Below are positions 27,190 through 41,912 of a DNA stretch of 64,000 bases, piece after piece (within the stretch, counting starts at the first letter, position 1; every line of letters begins with the position of its first letter). Under the pieces are notes generated by a model. That model saw only the letters and a list, made by a program, of their open reading frames with translations. It was not told the origin of the DNA and ran no database searches. The stretch lies in NCBI GenBank assembly GCA_951406725.2, contig OX597816.1, forward strand, positions 104,346,001-104,410,000. The letters are read 5' to 3'. The position numbers and the translations under genes were made by a program. This DNA is from Octopus vulgaris (Eukaryota).

Positions 27190-28900
27190 TCGCCCGTAAT
27201 GCCCGCAGAGTGACGAAACCATCATGTACGCCCCCGTATAGCGTTCGAGTGTTACAGATATGTGGACTTATGTTAAACAGTAGCGATTAGGAGTAGGACG
27301 GCTCCAGTTATCGTGACCGCTCACTACTATTCATATCCCAGTTGCTGCAAACGGTCTTTGAGAGCGCCTAGCCTCTTCGTCCGAGAGTTGAAGCAGGCCG
27401 TCAAGGCAGCTACTAAAGTTTATAATTCTTTGTAGCCTATCGCTTTTTCTAAAGAGTTATCCAAAGTGTTGCTGGAAGACCGCGCTCATTTGCTTGAGAT
27501 CGTGCAGTACGCGCTCATCCTGGTCTGTCAATCACGGAACCTGTGACTTTGTTGCCTCTCGCGCCTCCACCGCTGTAACGCATTGGACGATATTCATTCC
27601 TTATTGTTTTAGGTCACAAGCGCTAGCTCCGAAAGCGCAGCCTTTGTGTTTCACATTCAAGAAATGATCGAGGGCCATTCTAGCCGCTAGAACATTGGTC
27701 ACGATGTCACTTCTAATTGTTCATTAACTAGTTCATTAACTAGTTCTGCGTCTAATCTATTTCTCTCCATTATTTGCTCTTTAATAAATGCTATTGACCC
27801 ATATTTAATTGTTCTCTTCAGGGTTCCTCATCATATGTTATTGGTTATTGCCCGCCCCCATTAGTTTTTTTTTCTTAACTAGCTCGCTAATCCGGTCTTT
27901 GAAGTCTTTTCGTGCCGGGAAAGACTCGTTCAACTTCCAGTAGCCTGTCTATGAGTCCTCTGTAAGGCAACTGTGAAGATCAGAAACTTGTGAACTGTGT
28001 AGTCGACCAGTTTGAATTGTGGACACCCTACCATATCTTTGTTAGTTAACATAACGAATGCTCTATCTGGGTACGATCTGGAAGACCTATCGGGGGTTTC
28101 TCCAAGTCAAAATTTACACATTTGGGAAGGGTAATTGTTACCTATGAGACAGTTGGAAACGTCTGAGCATGTTTTTTGAGTTTTTTTGCATCCCCATCTA
28201 TGGGGTGAACATAACGCAATCCTATCGTGCGACCAAAATATCATTCCAGTCCCTTACTTGAACTAAAGAGTGGGAAGTAGCTTGAAAGGTTTCTAGACAT
28301 CTAAAGAAATCTGGCAGTCCAGACCTGGTGGATGCACAGACAGTCGCTAATATGAAGTACTGCTTTTACTTTCATTCACATCTAGTACCACCAACTTATC
28401 TACCGGATCTAGGAAGATTTTCTCCTCCTCTAAACCAAAATTCTTTTCGGGAAAGTTGAACTACTCTACCGCTGGATCCTATCAGATCACTAGATGAGCA
28501 CGTCTTTTGATCCTCAAACATTGGGCTGAGTCTGTTTGTCCCAGAAATTGTGGATTCAGTAATGGGTACCACAGCTTAGTCAAGTGATAGCCATTACTGA
28601 ACCCACAATTCCTTTTTACTGTGATTGTATGTTTTCTTTTTGCTGTGTTTGTATGTTTTGTTATGCTTGTGTATTTTCTTCCTGTTGTACTAGGCACAGT
28701 GGGAGGTTTGGTTGTTGAGACGATGGGTTTGTGATTAATTGCTTTTGTTGCCCTTGGTGTTGTTTCGGTGCGTGCGCTACTGTGTGACAATTTGGGGGTA
28801 TTTTGGGACGTTTCATCTACGTGAGGAATTATGGCCTCTTGCCTTTTGTTTTTGGGCTTTTCTGGTCATCACTTGCTATTCTCTGGACTCCACCGCTTTT
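27190..28900 (-). mobile_element. Old L1/Tx1-like remnant (ORF1 end, APE endonuclease, linker)
   Basis: Minus-strand remnants GSSRSYPDR and CPQFKLVDYTVHKFL (SYLDR/SDH APE motifs), plus linker VLHDLKQMSAVFQQHF. Confidence 0.6.
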
Positions 28901-28980
28901 TTTTTCGTTATTTAAGAATGATTCAGCAGGGGAAAGTAGAGGCTGGTTGTGTGTACGTGTGTGTGTATGTGCGTGTGTGT

Positions 28981-29031
<51 letters not shown>

Positions 29032-29084
29032 CTCTTGTCTGAAGTTCCTGGTGCTAGTGTTGGAGTTGTTGATGTAGTTTCTTT

Positions 29085-29340
29085 GGAGTAGGCAGTATAT
29101 GGCTGAGCACTCTACAGAGACGCTTAGCCTTGATGTAGTTCTTAGAGAGATTTAGCATAACTCAAAATGTGACACGGTCGGCCCCTTTAAATTTCATGTA
29201 CATCTCATTTTTGACAGCTAAGTGAACTGGAGCCATGTGAAATAAAGTGCCTTGCTTAAGGACACAAACTGCCGCCAAGAATCGAACACACGAGCTGACA
29301 ATCTTGACTCGGATAGTCTAACCACTAAGCCACGCGCCTT
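29085..29340 (-). mobile_element. tRNA-derived CORE-like SINE, family B
   Basis: Minus strand GGCGCGTGGCTTAGTGGTTAG (A box), GTTCGATTC (B box), GTGTCCTTAAGCAAGGCACTTT (CORE-like). Confidence 0.75.
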
Positions 29341-29640
29341 CACATTTAGAACCTAGCAATTACGTCTGCTCTAACCTGCATAACGTTCGAAAAGCAAGTC
29401 ATTTGTCTAGTGTAATCAAGAAGACAGAATACTTTAGTAGGATTTACAAATATTTAGCTTTCGATGTGCAAAATAGTATGTGTATGTGTGTAAATATATC
29501 ATACATATATACACATATTTGGATATATATGTGTGCATATATATCATACATATATACACATATATGGAAATATATGTTTGTATATATACATATACATATT
29601 ACCACGACATAATGGAACCAAATATATATCTATATATATC

Positions 29641-29692
<52 letters not shown>

Positions 29693-29866
29693 TAAGTATA
29701 TATACATATCTATATATGCACATATATGTATGCATAAATACAGACATACGTATATGTGTGTATATGTATATATATATATGTATATACATAAGCATATATA
29801 TACATATATATGTATATATAGAGATAGATAGATAGATATAGATATGTATATTACAATGATATGTAT

Positions 29867-29945
<79 letters not shown>

Positions 29946-31314
29946 CAATGAAAAGCGAAGTCGATAAAAAGCAAGTCTATTTTCGAAAGACAACGAATAT
30001 TGCAAAATGAAATTTCTTAATTTGTTTCAAGTTGACATATTTTCTACTTAAATGAAAATATTTTTTTGTGTAAATTAACCCAATTTTTTGCTGTATTCAA
30101 CATTCACGAAGATATATGCAATATATGCACTTCTTCTCATCAATGTCAATTGCATGAAGTTTTCCAAAATGCTTTTATTATTCACGAAAAGTTTTTCAAA
30201 TACCAACACAAATAATATCATAATTTCCTTTTCAAAAGTTTTTCTTTAAATATATAGAATCATTCTTTGACAGTTTCCACTAGCAGACATTTCAGTTTAT
30301 TTCTGTTAAATTATTTCATTAATTGTTTTCATAATTCCAGCTATTATTTGACAGAATTTCTAGAAAGTAAACATAAATAACTCTAAAGATATTTTGACAA
30401 GTGCCATTAATGCAACACGATATTTTGAGATTTTATTTATCCATATAAGAAAATTACCACTATTACTGTTACAATAGGAAGATACAGAATTGATTGGATA
30501 CGAAAGAACTGTGACTGGCCTATACATAAATATTGTTTCTAGGAAGAGAAAGTTTGATGAATTATATAACCATATAATCAATTTTGAAGAAAGACATGGT
30601 GACACTTCTAGTTGATTGGAAGCGATTGTCTATTAATTTAGACTTCAAGCACGACTGCTATTTAAATGAAAATTCTTAATGGCATATGTATATACTTTTT
30701 AAATAAATGAAGTTGTGATAATCTATGTAAGCACGCAAGTAAGAAATTATATTACTTTCGTAATGCAACCATATCAACATTTTTTATTCATATTTTAGTA
30801 ACAGATATTATTTCTTGTTAACGATTAGGTTTACAGTGAGTCTTTTATTGATATAAATACATTGCCTGCATTTTTACGAAAGTGCTATGAATTCTGCTTA
30901 TACAGGGAAAAATTTTAATATATTTTTAATATTAAAGGATGAAACACTCATTGAATTCCAGTCCAAAAAACTTTGAATTGTTAAGTTTTTGCCAAATATT
31001 TAAAAATAATGTTTAGGAATCGCCGGAATTATGAAATCCTTATACAAGTAAGGAACGTTTCATACGACGGACGGGGTTTTTAAGAACTGGGCTTTCGCAA
31101 CCTTACACATTTGGGATAAAGATCTACCATTTCGGATGCCTATGTAAGCATTATATAAACTTGTACATCTATCTGTGCGTATTGCCTTCACTATTTGATA
31201 ATAGTGAACACTAAGAGAAAATAGATCTTAATACCTAAAAGTACGTAACCCAACAGAAAGCATAAGAATTGTTAGGTTCTAAATAGATTATGCTTTTATA
31301 TATTAGTCAGAGAA

Positions 31315-31640
31315 GAAACCATAAGGTTGGCATTGATTTTTAAGTTCTGCAGTTTGACATCTGCCAGAGAAACATGGATGAAGAGGACATCTTAGAGATT
31401 GCAACTCTAGAGTCTGGGAAGTAAAACTCAAATGGGAATAAAGAGATGACGAGAGATGGGTGTATTGGGTAGGGTTATATAGAAGAGACCAGCAGATTGC
31501 CAATTAAGAGGAATAGATGAGCAGAAAGTATTGAAGAAGCAGCAGGAAAGAAAAATAGGAAAAGCAGCAAGACTTTGAACCTATGAGGTTTAGCATGTCT
31601 GTAAACGAATTTCTGCTAACCAACCGAAAGGCCTTCCTTT
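31315..31640 (-). mobile_element. Very degenerate CR1/Jockey-group LINE 3' remnant
   Basis: Minus strand RKAFRLV...FTD and downstream residues resemble LINE ORF2 C-termini; by eye only. Confidence 0.35.
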
Positions 31641-32248
31641 AAATGTAGATTTATAAAGTTTAAAACCAATTCTCACACAATTTTCGCATTGGATTGAAAG
31701 GTAAAAGAGCTGAACGTGTGCATCTGCAACTTTGCTGAGATTCATTCAGCTTTGTCCTATCTGAAAATAACTACTGCAAATCATTTAACTGCTGCCAATT
31801 TATCTTCAGTGTTAACTAAAATAAAAGCAGTTTGAACAAATGACGATTTGTCACATTGACTGCACAAAAGGGGAAATGCTATTCATTTAAGTTGACTTTA
31901 CAACATATCAGTTGTTACTTACATTTATACTGTTTTTTCTTTACCTATAAAGCCATGCCAAGGTGAAATTATGAACTACAGTAAGGCATTCCAATTTCCT
32001 ACATAAGCACCACAAAATTATTTTAATTCTCTTAAAATAATTTAAGTATAATTATGAAATACTGTAAAATTAGTAAACTGTGTTGAGAATTGAGAAAGAT
32101 AAGCTACATCTGTGTAAAAAATCTTAAGAGTCAGATTAAGACTATGTTGAAATTGCTAAAGTGTTTGCTATCAAAAATGTGGGAGAGAGAATGAGATAGG
32201 AGAGAGAAATAGAAGTAGAGGGAGAGACAGACAGACAGACAGGCAAAG

Positions 32249-32294
<46 letters not shown>

Positions 32295-32941
32295 AGGATT
32301 ACAATTGCAGACAATAACAGAAAGATACACTGAGTAAGATACTGAAGGAAGTACAAAGGACTGGTAGTGATATATAGAGGGAGAGTATGATGGATAACTC
32401 TTTTACTGGCTTCAGAAAATCGGATGTGACCATATTGGGACATCAGCACGTAAGCATGGAGAAGTGATATAAATTAGTAATAAAACGCTACACAATATAT
32501 GTGTAAAGCACGGAGTGGTGGAGTAATTTGAGTATTTAACGACGATGCAGCATAGGGGAGAGGGGGGAAAATGTATTTCACACATATTCTGATATTTCAG
32601 TGATTATAATTGATATAAAATCGATGTCGTAATGAAAATGTTATATGCATATTTATACTCGTATGTAATCTAAGTATGTTATATTACGCTACGCATCTAT
32701 ATAGCTATAATAAATATGTGTATACTATTATATATGATGATATATCTTCAATATATTGCTGTCATTTGATATTGTACTAGTGCACATCGACTCAGTGATT
32801 CGTTGAGCTTTTGATATTCAGATGTTGATGTAGGACTCTGTACAAAATAAAGTATAGTCTTATATTTCTGCACTCCTTCAAATGAACACACATGTAAGAC
32901 ATATGCACAGTACAAATATATTATCTATTTCAAGTGATGCA

Positions 32942-33009
<68 letters not shown>

Positions 33010-33164
33010 TACATTAAAACCAGCTTTAAAACAGGTAGGCTTATGGTAGATTTTGTAGTGATATTGCATTAAAAGAATAGAATATAAAAATGAAATAGGA
33101 AATAACACGTTTAAGGGAAGGCCTTTCGGTTGGTTATAAATATCACCCTTTTCCTTTGTATGTT

Positions 33165-33202
<38 letters not shown>

Positions 33203-33271
33203 AGTGTGTGTGTTTGTGTATGTGTGTGTGTGAATGTGTGTGTGTGTGCATGTTTGTGTGTGTGTGTAATC

Positions 33272-34756
33272 TTATTTGATAAATACTATGTTTTCATAGG
33301 CTTCTATTAGTTTCATGTGCTGAGAACATGCCAAACGTTGTTTTACGAGGGGCGTTCAATAAGTAATGCCCCTGACCCACTTCCCATAGCAGTAGAGCAA
33401 CGAAACTTGGCACAGTTATTAGTCTTTTTCTACATAGGAACCACCCAGAGTTACGCATTTCTCCCATCGTTTGATGCGGCTCTGGAGACCGTTTTTGTAG
33501 AAGAACCCAGCTTGGTCCTCCAACCTCAACGTGACTTCAGAAATCAAGGCTGCATCATCTGGGAAACGCTTTCCTTACAAAAACAACTTCATGATTGGGA
33601 AGAGGTGAAAATCAGAGGGTTCAAGGTCAGGAAAGTAGGGGGGATGGGGAGGAGTTCATAGCCATACGCCTGTGCTTCTGATCTGGCGACAAGCGAGTTG
33701 TGGACCAGAGCGTTGTCCTGCAGGAGGAGGATGCCTTTGCTGATCTTGCCCCGCCTCTTGATTTTGATAACTTCTCTTAATTTCCTCAAAAGTGAAGCAT
33801 AATAGGCTCCTGCAGTTGTGGTACCCTTTGCCAGGAAATCTGTCATCACTACTCCGTCCTGGTCCCAGAAGACTGTGAGCATGACCTTGCCAGCGGAGGG
33901 CTGCACCCTTGCCTTCTTTGGAGGGGGTGAGTCACGGTGCTTCCACTGCATTGACTGGGCTTTGGTCTCTGGATCATCGTGATGGACCCAGGTTTCATCC
34001 TGTGTAATCAGTCTTTTGAAAAATCTTGACTCATCTTCTTGGCACATCTCCAAATTCACCCTCGAGCACTCGACGCGTTCTTGCTTCTGGAAAGGCGTGA
34101 GCAACCTGGGAATCCATCTGGCAGACATCTTTTGCATATGCAAATGGTCATGAATGATAGTTTCCACAGACCCGGTACTAATCTTGAGCTCATGGGCTAT
34201 TTGGCGAATAATTATGCGTCGATCTTCTAAAATGGCAGCCTCAACTTGACGGACAGATGCCTCATCAATGGCAGAAGGGGGCGACCAGATCTGGGAGCTG
34301 TTTCCACAGAGTTCCGACCATGTTTGAATTCACGATGCCAGCGTTTTACAAGGTCATATGATGGAGCATCATCACCATAAGTTACTTTCATTTCATCAAA
34401 AGTCTTCCGTGGTGTGCGTCCTTTCAAATACAAAAACCGGATCACTGCTCGACACTCAACAGGCTCCATTTCACACTTGACTCGGTTCAAACACCTGTAA
34501 ATCAGAAACCACAATTAATTCAGAGCTGTAATTTGCCACTTACTCTATAGAGATATAAATGAATGGACATGCAAAATTTCAGCTAGATCAAACAAATGCA
34601 AGTGGGTCAGAGGCATTACTTATTGAACGTCCCTCGTATAATACGTCTGATGATTCTGCTGGGACACCAGACGTGTTATAAAACAATGTTTGGCATGTTC
34701 TCATCACATAAAACTAATAGTAGCACATGAAAACATATATGGTGTTTATTAAATAA
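33272..34756. repeat. Fold-back element (~90-bp arms) interrupted by the mariner
   Basis: 33272-33345 joined to 34639-34652 is the reverse complement of 34665-34756. Confidence 0.8.
33346..34636 (-). mobile_element. Full-length mariner transposon (1291 bp, irritans-like), frameshifted transposase
   Basis: ~37-bp TIRs CGAGGGGCGTTCAATAAGTAATGCCCCTGACCCACTT, TA duplication, HTH ending PRSGRP, WIPRLL, TQDETW, QDNA. Confidence 0.95.
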
Positions 34757-34848
34757 TATTTATCCCTCACCAGATGGAATACTTTTTGTCGTTGATCACG
34801 GCACAGAACAGTGCACTATACACACATACATACACGCGCGCGCGCGCG

Positions 34849-34900
<52 letters not shown>

Positions 34901-34903
34901 ATT

Positions 34904-34943
<40 letters not shown>

Positions 34944-35629
34944 AAGTAAGTTAGGGGTTGTGGATCCAACCTACTTATCCAATATACTGTTTGTATACAC
35001 ACATACACGCACACACACACGCATATATATATATATATATATATATATAAGTACCTCATTTTTAACTGCCTTCCACCTAAATACACTTGACATGTATAGG
35101 CACAAGTTACTTTTTTCCATAGGCTGAAACAGCTGTAATTGATTTTAATGATTTTAATAATTTATATTAATACATTTTTTAATAACTACTTGTATTCTTA
35201 TCTTATATGCATGGAATTTTATACTGTATATATGTATGTTATTATGGTTGTCGTTTTGATAAATAAGTAAGTCAATATCCTAATATCCTAAAGCTGATAA
35301 ACCAACTAATGTGTTTCTTCATTTTCGTATTTGTAATATATATATGGATTACAACACATAACCACACTTCAACTCATTTTTACTTTACGTCAACTGACCC
35401 TGCTGTATTTAACATTATCTCAAAACAAATGAACGAGGAATAAGATTCCATTATCGCAAAACAAACATCATACCCATATCAGCTTAATTCTCGTTCATTA
35501 ACCCAAGATGAATATTTAGTTCCATTTTGATGAGCGCACCATTGGTCATAAAATTTAGCAGTGGTCTGCCGGGGCTCTTAGACCTGTACACTAAGCATTC
35601 AACGTTGTTCTTCCGATATCTTTTTTTTT

Positions 35630-35672
35630 TCTCTAGTTTCAGCTCAGAGCTGCGGCCATGCTGATGCACCCC
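35630..35672 (-). mobile_element. Isolated CR1-group 3' tail with A-tract
   Basis: Near-identical to 6676-6716. Confidence 0.75.
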
Positions 35673-35839
35673 CGATGATTATATATGGATAACAAATCCA
35701 GCTTAACGAAAAGTAAAATACAACAGTTGATGCTATGCTGGCTGAGGTTATTAATCCTGGTAGGGATATAGTAACCGATCATGTGTTGACCATACTAATT
35801 ATGATCATATGAAATGGTTCACAAGATCAACGGAGTTTA

Positions 35840-36330
35840 ATAGATGCAATCCTGATTTCACTCTCCATGAGAAAAGATACTAACTCCAACAGTAGAAACT
35901 TTCTAATAATTGACGGTAAGTGATGCGCAAGGCATTTTGTGAAAGGGTTGCATATATAGATATGTTCCATCGGAATCCAAGAGCCTCAATAGAGATTTAG
36001 ATCTGGTACAGGCACCACAGATATGGTCTTCATTGTCAGAGAGTTGCATAAACTACTCTCTTTACCTACTTTTTATTCATCTAACGAACGCCATTGACAC
36101 AATGGATGGAAATGGGCTGTTGAGAATCTTCTGAAAATTGAGATAATCAACTAGTATTGTTGATAATTTTTTTTTCAATACACATTTCTGTGAATCATAA
36201 CTTAAACTCAAATAGTGTTTCGACAGAGCCAATGTTGTGGGACAACTTTGTTCTTCATACATATGTCAGTGTCGATTGCTCGTACATCTAAGTGTAATAT
36301 AGACATCTTTGTCCACAATTGCATAACATG
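35840..36330 (+). mobile_element. Ancient RTE-type RT remnant
   Basis: Manual translation FRSGTGTTDMVFIVREL...LYLLFIHLTNAIDTMD.NGL resembles GFR..R.T.D / FIDL.KAFD. Confidence 0.65.
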
Positions 36331-36899
36331 TAAACGGTTTAACCTGAATTATTTCAAAGTTAAAATTATACACACTAATATATACATATACATATACACA
36401 TGCATACATGAATACGTAAATACTGCATGCGTTTGTATTCGTGATAGTGGCGGTGGGTGTATGTATATTTACATCATTTTAGCTAGTTTGAAATTGTTAC
36501 CATTGTTACTTAGGATACAGTTGTACTCGCATTACACTGCTGCATTTTAAAATTTTCTTTCTTTTCTATCTTTCATTTTTTACTTTAACATACAGTAGAG
36601 TCTCTTCTTTTATTGATATTGATATGGTGAGGTCTATTGCCAAAGAAACATGGCATGATAAAAGTTTAACAAGGGAGAGAAACTAAACAAATCTCTTCTT
36701 GAAAGTTGATATAATTATAATGTTTCTGCCGGGAGCACAAGCGGAACTGTTAATTGGATAAAAAAAAAACAAAAACAAATGAATACTATTTTTTCCGCTT
36801 ATTACAATATAGAAGACGCGTTGAGTCATTCATTTGATGATCAATATTTCTGTCTGTTTAGTTTGCTTTTTTGTCTCTAATTAACATGTCATACCTAGA

Positions 36900-38145
36900 T
36901 AACATATTGTGGGAGCCTCTGACATGAGCTGTCAATTTGTTAGAAATAGCAACACCATCTCCTTCAAATCATACCCTGCCTAAGAAAGATTGACTAATCC
37001 TGGCCCACGAATAATAAGCTTGAATTACATAAGTGTGATGGTCATACCTGAGATACGTTGCTTCATAGATCTATACGACTAGGGTGTGCTTGATGTAAAG
37101 AAACAGCAAAAACAACAACAACGGCTTTATAGTACTTTTGTGTGGGCACAAGCCTTTTAAAGCAGTAGTAAAATTTATCCCGACAAAATCAATTCTATCT
37201 TTAGAAAAGGAACTCAGCTAAACAATACGAGAACATAATCTCCATCGTATAGATAAGAGACAAAGCTAGGCAACGTTGATTGTAATATTTCTTTGATCGG
37301 TTGTTTTCATACATTAATAAATCAGATTTCTCGAGCAGAGTTTAAAAGGACAATCGAATAGCAACAATACGCAGCATTTCTTAATATGACCAATGGATAT
37401 TGCATTAAGTAGCTAGACTACTTATTGCAGATTTATGAAGATATACCTTCTTATAGCAAACAAGTCTTCCTAGAAGAAATGTATTAGCTTTATGCGGGCC
37501 CGTAAAAGATCTTCTTAGCGGTCGCCGACATGCTAGATATAAGAGCCAAATCAATAAAAAAAGGCGTAATAACATATTGAATAATATAGTCTGAGAGGAA
37601 TGAGTTCTGAAAAGATCAGATTTTCTCGAATAGGACTCCTTTGATCCTACGTCTGTAGGATAAGAGCTAACTGGGGTCTAAGCGAAAACATACTAGGTTC
37701 ATAACTTTCTAGGAGTTCATAACTTAGTTTCTAGGTATTATAACTTAATTTTATGTACCTCGCATGGATTTCCGTAGAATGTAGTTCACATGTTACTATT
37801 TCTTTCCATGCAAATATCTTTTCGTCTTCAATTTGTGTTGAATACACTAATTTACCCAAAAAGGTGTCGCTCTGTTTTTAATTCCCATTAATGCTACTCA
37901 TCATTTCAAATGATTTTATTTTAGAGAGGGATGTCAGTGTATTGAACATTTCAACCTGAAAATTTACTTCTGAGCGAAATAAAAACAATGAAGTAGAATA
38001 TTTTCCAATGAAACATTGCTCCAACTCGTTAAAGCAGAGATTTATGAGCTAACAAGGGAAACATATGCTACGTCTTCAGCTGCCGAACATAGCAACCAGA
38101 TGTCCTTTCGTGAGGGTTAACAATAAAACAACAACAACAACAATA
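36900..38145 (+). repeat. Cluster of 3-4 diverged ~200-bp retroposon 3' units with (AAC)n-like ends
   Basis: Recurring GACATG..AGAAATAGCA.CC..ATCTC and TTGATCATAG.TCT motifs; related copies at ~56390-56610 and ~57060-57250. Confidence 0.5.
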
Positions 38146-38941
38146 CGTCTATCATCCTAATATGCAGAGAGGTCAACTAGGTCATTGAGAGCTATGTGTC
38201 ATTCCGAGAAACTAATTCCACGTTAGTGATAGAGCTCCAATTATTGTGTAAGTGCAAATCTTACACATTCTAATTTAAATATTCCGTTTATTTTTGTGCA
38301 GAAAAATAAATAGAAGGCAATTAATTGAAGCATTTCGACGTCCTAATATGTCTGTCTTAAATAATGTTACCAATACGCTTACTGTAAAGACAATGGATTT
38401 GATAATGGCTAACAAGATTTGAAGGAATGTATTAAGAAAATAAATATTTGACTAGAGTAATCCTACCAAAAGAACACACACATATATATAAATAATTATA
38501 TATATATATATAATATCCATACATGCATATATACGCGAACATATAGATAAATACACGCAGACGCGCATACATATACGAAGCATGTTAAGTTGAATGTGAA
38601 GCCTACATCACTTATAAAGATTATCAGAAGCCGACTTCTAATAAACTGACTCGTCAGTTTAGCATAAGCAACAAAAATATTTAAAACAATATCCACGAAG
38701 ATAATGTTAAAACTATTACAGAACAATGGTAATACGTTATCGTTGGTTAATAATATACATTGCTAAACAGGCTCAAAGTTACAAATTTTGAATTGATTAT
38801 TTTGATTTAAATAGTTGAGTAGTCATGTTACTAATCCCAGAAAGACAAAAGTGAAGATTCTCTGTGTAAGATTAGAACACTGTACGTAAAGCGCTGGAAC
38901 TAAACACTACAAAGCATTTTGTCCTTAATAATATGAAGAAG

Positions 38942-39020
<79 letters not shown>

Positions 39021-39131
39021 TTCACTTAATCTTACACCGTTAATTTTTATCAGTCAGCTTTCAAATAAACTGACCGAGGCATAGGAATTTTGGGAAGAAA
39101 CAACCTCGTAGTTCGCAATCCTATCGAAATG

Positions 39132-39857
39132 TTAGTTAGTTAGTTAGTTAATTTGGCTCAAAAGCAAATAGCAAGGCCATGTAGGGGGACATGGAGTTAA
39201 GTACAGGGTGGTGTTCATGTAAAGAGTTCAGGCCACTTGAGGTCCAGGGAGGCTTTGAACAAAGCGGTCGTCGGCATCTTCACCATCTCGTCCGGCAGCT
39301 TGTTCCACGGATCCGCAACCCGGACGGAGAAAGCTCCTCTCCTTCGATTGAGATGAAATCGTCGCAGGTAGGGTCGGAATGACCCCGCAGCCGACGCTCC
39401 GGAGCAGGAGTGAAGAACAGCTCTTTCGAGAGGTTACACTTCCCGCTTATGATGTTGTGGGCGAGAATGAGATCACCACGGCGGCGGCGTTTTTCAAGAG
39501 AATAAAGGTCGAGCGTCCTCAGCCTTTCTTCGTAGGACAAATTTTTGAGACCATGAACCATGCGGGTAGCCAGCCTCTGGACTCTTTCGAGATGCTGTAT
39601 GTCTTTGAGGAGATAAGGAGAAGAGGCTTGAATCCCATACTCCAATATGGGTCTCACCAGCGTGACATAGAGTGGCAGGAATATGGCTGCTGTGAGCATT
39701 CCGAATGACCGTCGAATCAAAAACAGAATTCCGCGCGCTTTGTTGGCAGCATGGACGCACTGGGCCGAAGGCGAAAAGGAGGAGTCCACCAAGATACCCA
39801 GGTCCTTTACCTGATCGGTCCTCTCCAGCAGCAGACGACCCGGCTCGAAATCAAGTT
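39132..39857 (-). mobile_element. 5'-truncated CR1 LINE
   Basis: KARGILFLIRRSF...LYVTLVRPILEY...LERVQRLATR..LSYEERL..L.LYSLEKRR.RGDLI; (TAAC)n tail. Confidence 0.92.
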
Positions 39858-40699
39858 GAAATAATTAAGACATCTTAGGAAATCTCTTACAAAACTTTTC
39901 TGTGTATTGTTATATATCTTAATATATATTTGATATATATAATCCAATTTGATATTAGCATATGCAATTAGTTTCGAGCTGTACAGTGCGTAGTTGATTT
40001 ATGCATTTTAGACAAATCTAAAACAACTTTTATAGATAACAAAACGATTGACCAAGGTTCCGTACATTACAATATTTCTTTAGGAAAAGCCGATTCAAAG
40101 AAATAGGCATCTTACATAAACGGTAGTAACTAAAGAAAACAAGAAAAAAAAAACAGCAGAAAATATGACAACTGGTGTTACTTGCCTTTAACAAAATAAT
40201 ATTTTCCACGACTGAGTAACGAACACTTCTCATATTTACAGTAAGTTATTTAACCAATATAACCTTATATCTGAAGAAAAAGTACCAGCAATATTTGGAG
40301 TGCAAACATCGGCGGGAGATATTTTGATATTAACAAGACACCCAAAATACGTTGTACAATTTCACAAATATATAGACTTGTTCTCACAACACTTTTCAAA
40401 ATATTAGCGTCTTTTAAATTAAGAAGTCACTTCCATAAAATATGTGTAGAAGGAAAAGAAAAACCTAACAATTTTTAGCAGCCCCCAAAGTAAAGAGAAA
40501 GTAATTTTAAGAAATTATGCATGTATCGCAAGGAAAATCTAATATTCTGGCATTTGGTGAAAAATGACAAGATCGCAGCTATGCACGTTTTTCTACAGAG
40601 GAACAATGATTTCCTAAAATTACATGATGGGTAACTAAATGTTTATGAATATTTGAGATTAATATAATGAGTCATAATTACTAAACATGAACTTAGAGA

Positions 40700-41620
40700 A
40701 ATAACCTGAGGAGGCAAATGACATGAATTTCAATAAATCATGTAATATTGTACTGGCAAAAGAATCTTCTAGGAGAATGTTTACATCTCCTTCAGAGTTG
40801 AAAGTCTGCTCATTCAATGAATTTTAAAGAGATCAAAACAGATTTATTTTGAAGACGCAAGGTCGCACGAATACAGCAGATGCGGCAAAATCTCCTAGCC
40901 ATGCTCCAATAAATTCTACCACGTCTGCAAAGGAATGTAGGGACTGGTGTTTGTTGCGTTAAAAGACAATGCCCTTACGTTTAGCAAGTACTGGACAGCT
41001 CTGGTGGACCGTTGCTCTTAAGTTGTGTAGCTGTTCATACTACACACTCGAATTGATGGTCCTGTCTGTGGAAAGAAGTTCGTAAAATGCAACACACTTC
41101 CAATCCTACTAGATTGAAAGCATGATCTTCTTCGGGTTAAGCGATGTTTCGAAATCATTTGTGGAGGTTCGCCGCGCTTCCCTTGTGATCCTTTACGCTT
41201 TAAATTGCTATAGACTATCCATTTCTCGTTCTCTGTCACCTATTTCTTCAAAGCGGTAGCTTTTCCTCACATTCCAGTGGGGAATCATTGATAGAAATGT
41301 CGGGCGAGATTAGCCTCATTCAATTGATGCAGCATCCAAAAATCTTTACTGTAGACGTAACCAAGTTGATGCAGATTGTTTTCTACATTCGATTTAGATA
41401 TAGAATATCTGCGATTATCCTGGTCGAATAACGAGGGTTGGTTTCACTGTTAATCTTTGTTGGCCGATCAGAGCGAGATGCATCCTTAAACGAAAACTTC
41501 TCCAATCGAAATCTTGAGCATCCACTCCAAACGCGACGCATATCGTCCTGCAGATTTCGGTCACTTTTTTACACTTTTTAAGATAAAAAGCATATGGTGT
41601 CGATAATGTTCGTTTTAATT
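40700..41620 (-). mobile_element. Degenerate mariner transposase remnant
   Basis: VTENEKWIVYSNLKRK (cf. TGDEKW..Y.N), RSDRP, DLASS. Confidence 0.75.
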
Positions 41621-41912
41621 CTCTATTTTCAGGGTGATACTAAGGGGACAGAAAGCAGACCGGTGATTATGCAAATTTACCTTGAAATTAGTGCAGCACG
41701 TGGTGACATAAAGAAACCTAGATTGAGCCATAGATACCGTGAACTGAACGCAATATTCTTGGTGAGACATTTATTAACTGATGGGCAAGAGGCTAGGTAT
41801 TTGAAGCTACATAGTTTCGTCGCGTGCTCTATAGGGGTTTAAAAGGGCATATCTGTTTCGGATTCTATTTTAGTATTATACAGTTTTACTGTTATGAGGG
41901 GCTGCGAAGTTT

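Noticed and set aside
30478-30615. Possible exon EDTELIGYERTVTG...
   Set aside because: Weak acceptor and no recognisable homology
34647-34685. CTGATGA as a hammerhead core
   Set aside because: No GAAA box; it is a mismatch in the hairpin arm, where the partner implies CTGGTG
39070-39135. Hammerhead split by the CR1 insertion (CTGACCGA...ATAGGA/TCCTAT...GAAAT)
   Set aside because: Core has an extra base and stems I and III cannot be rebuilt convincingly
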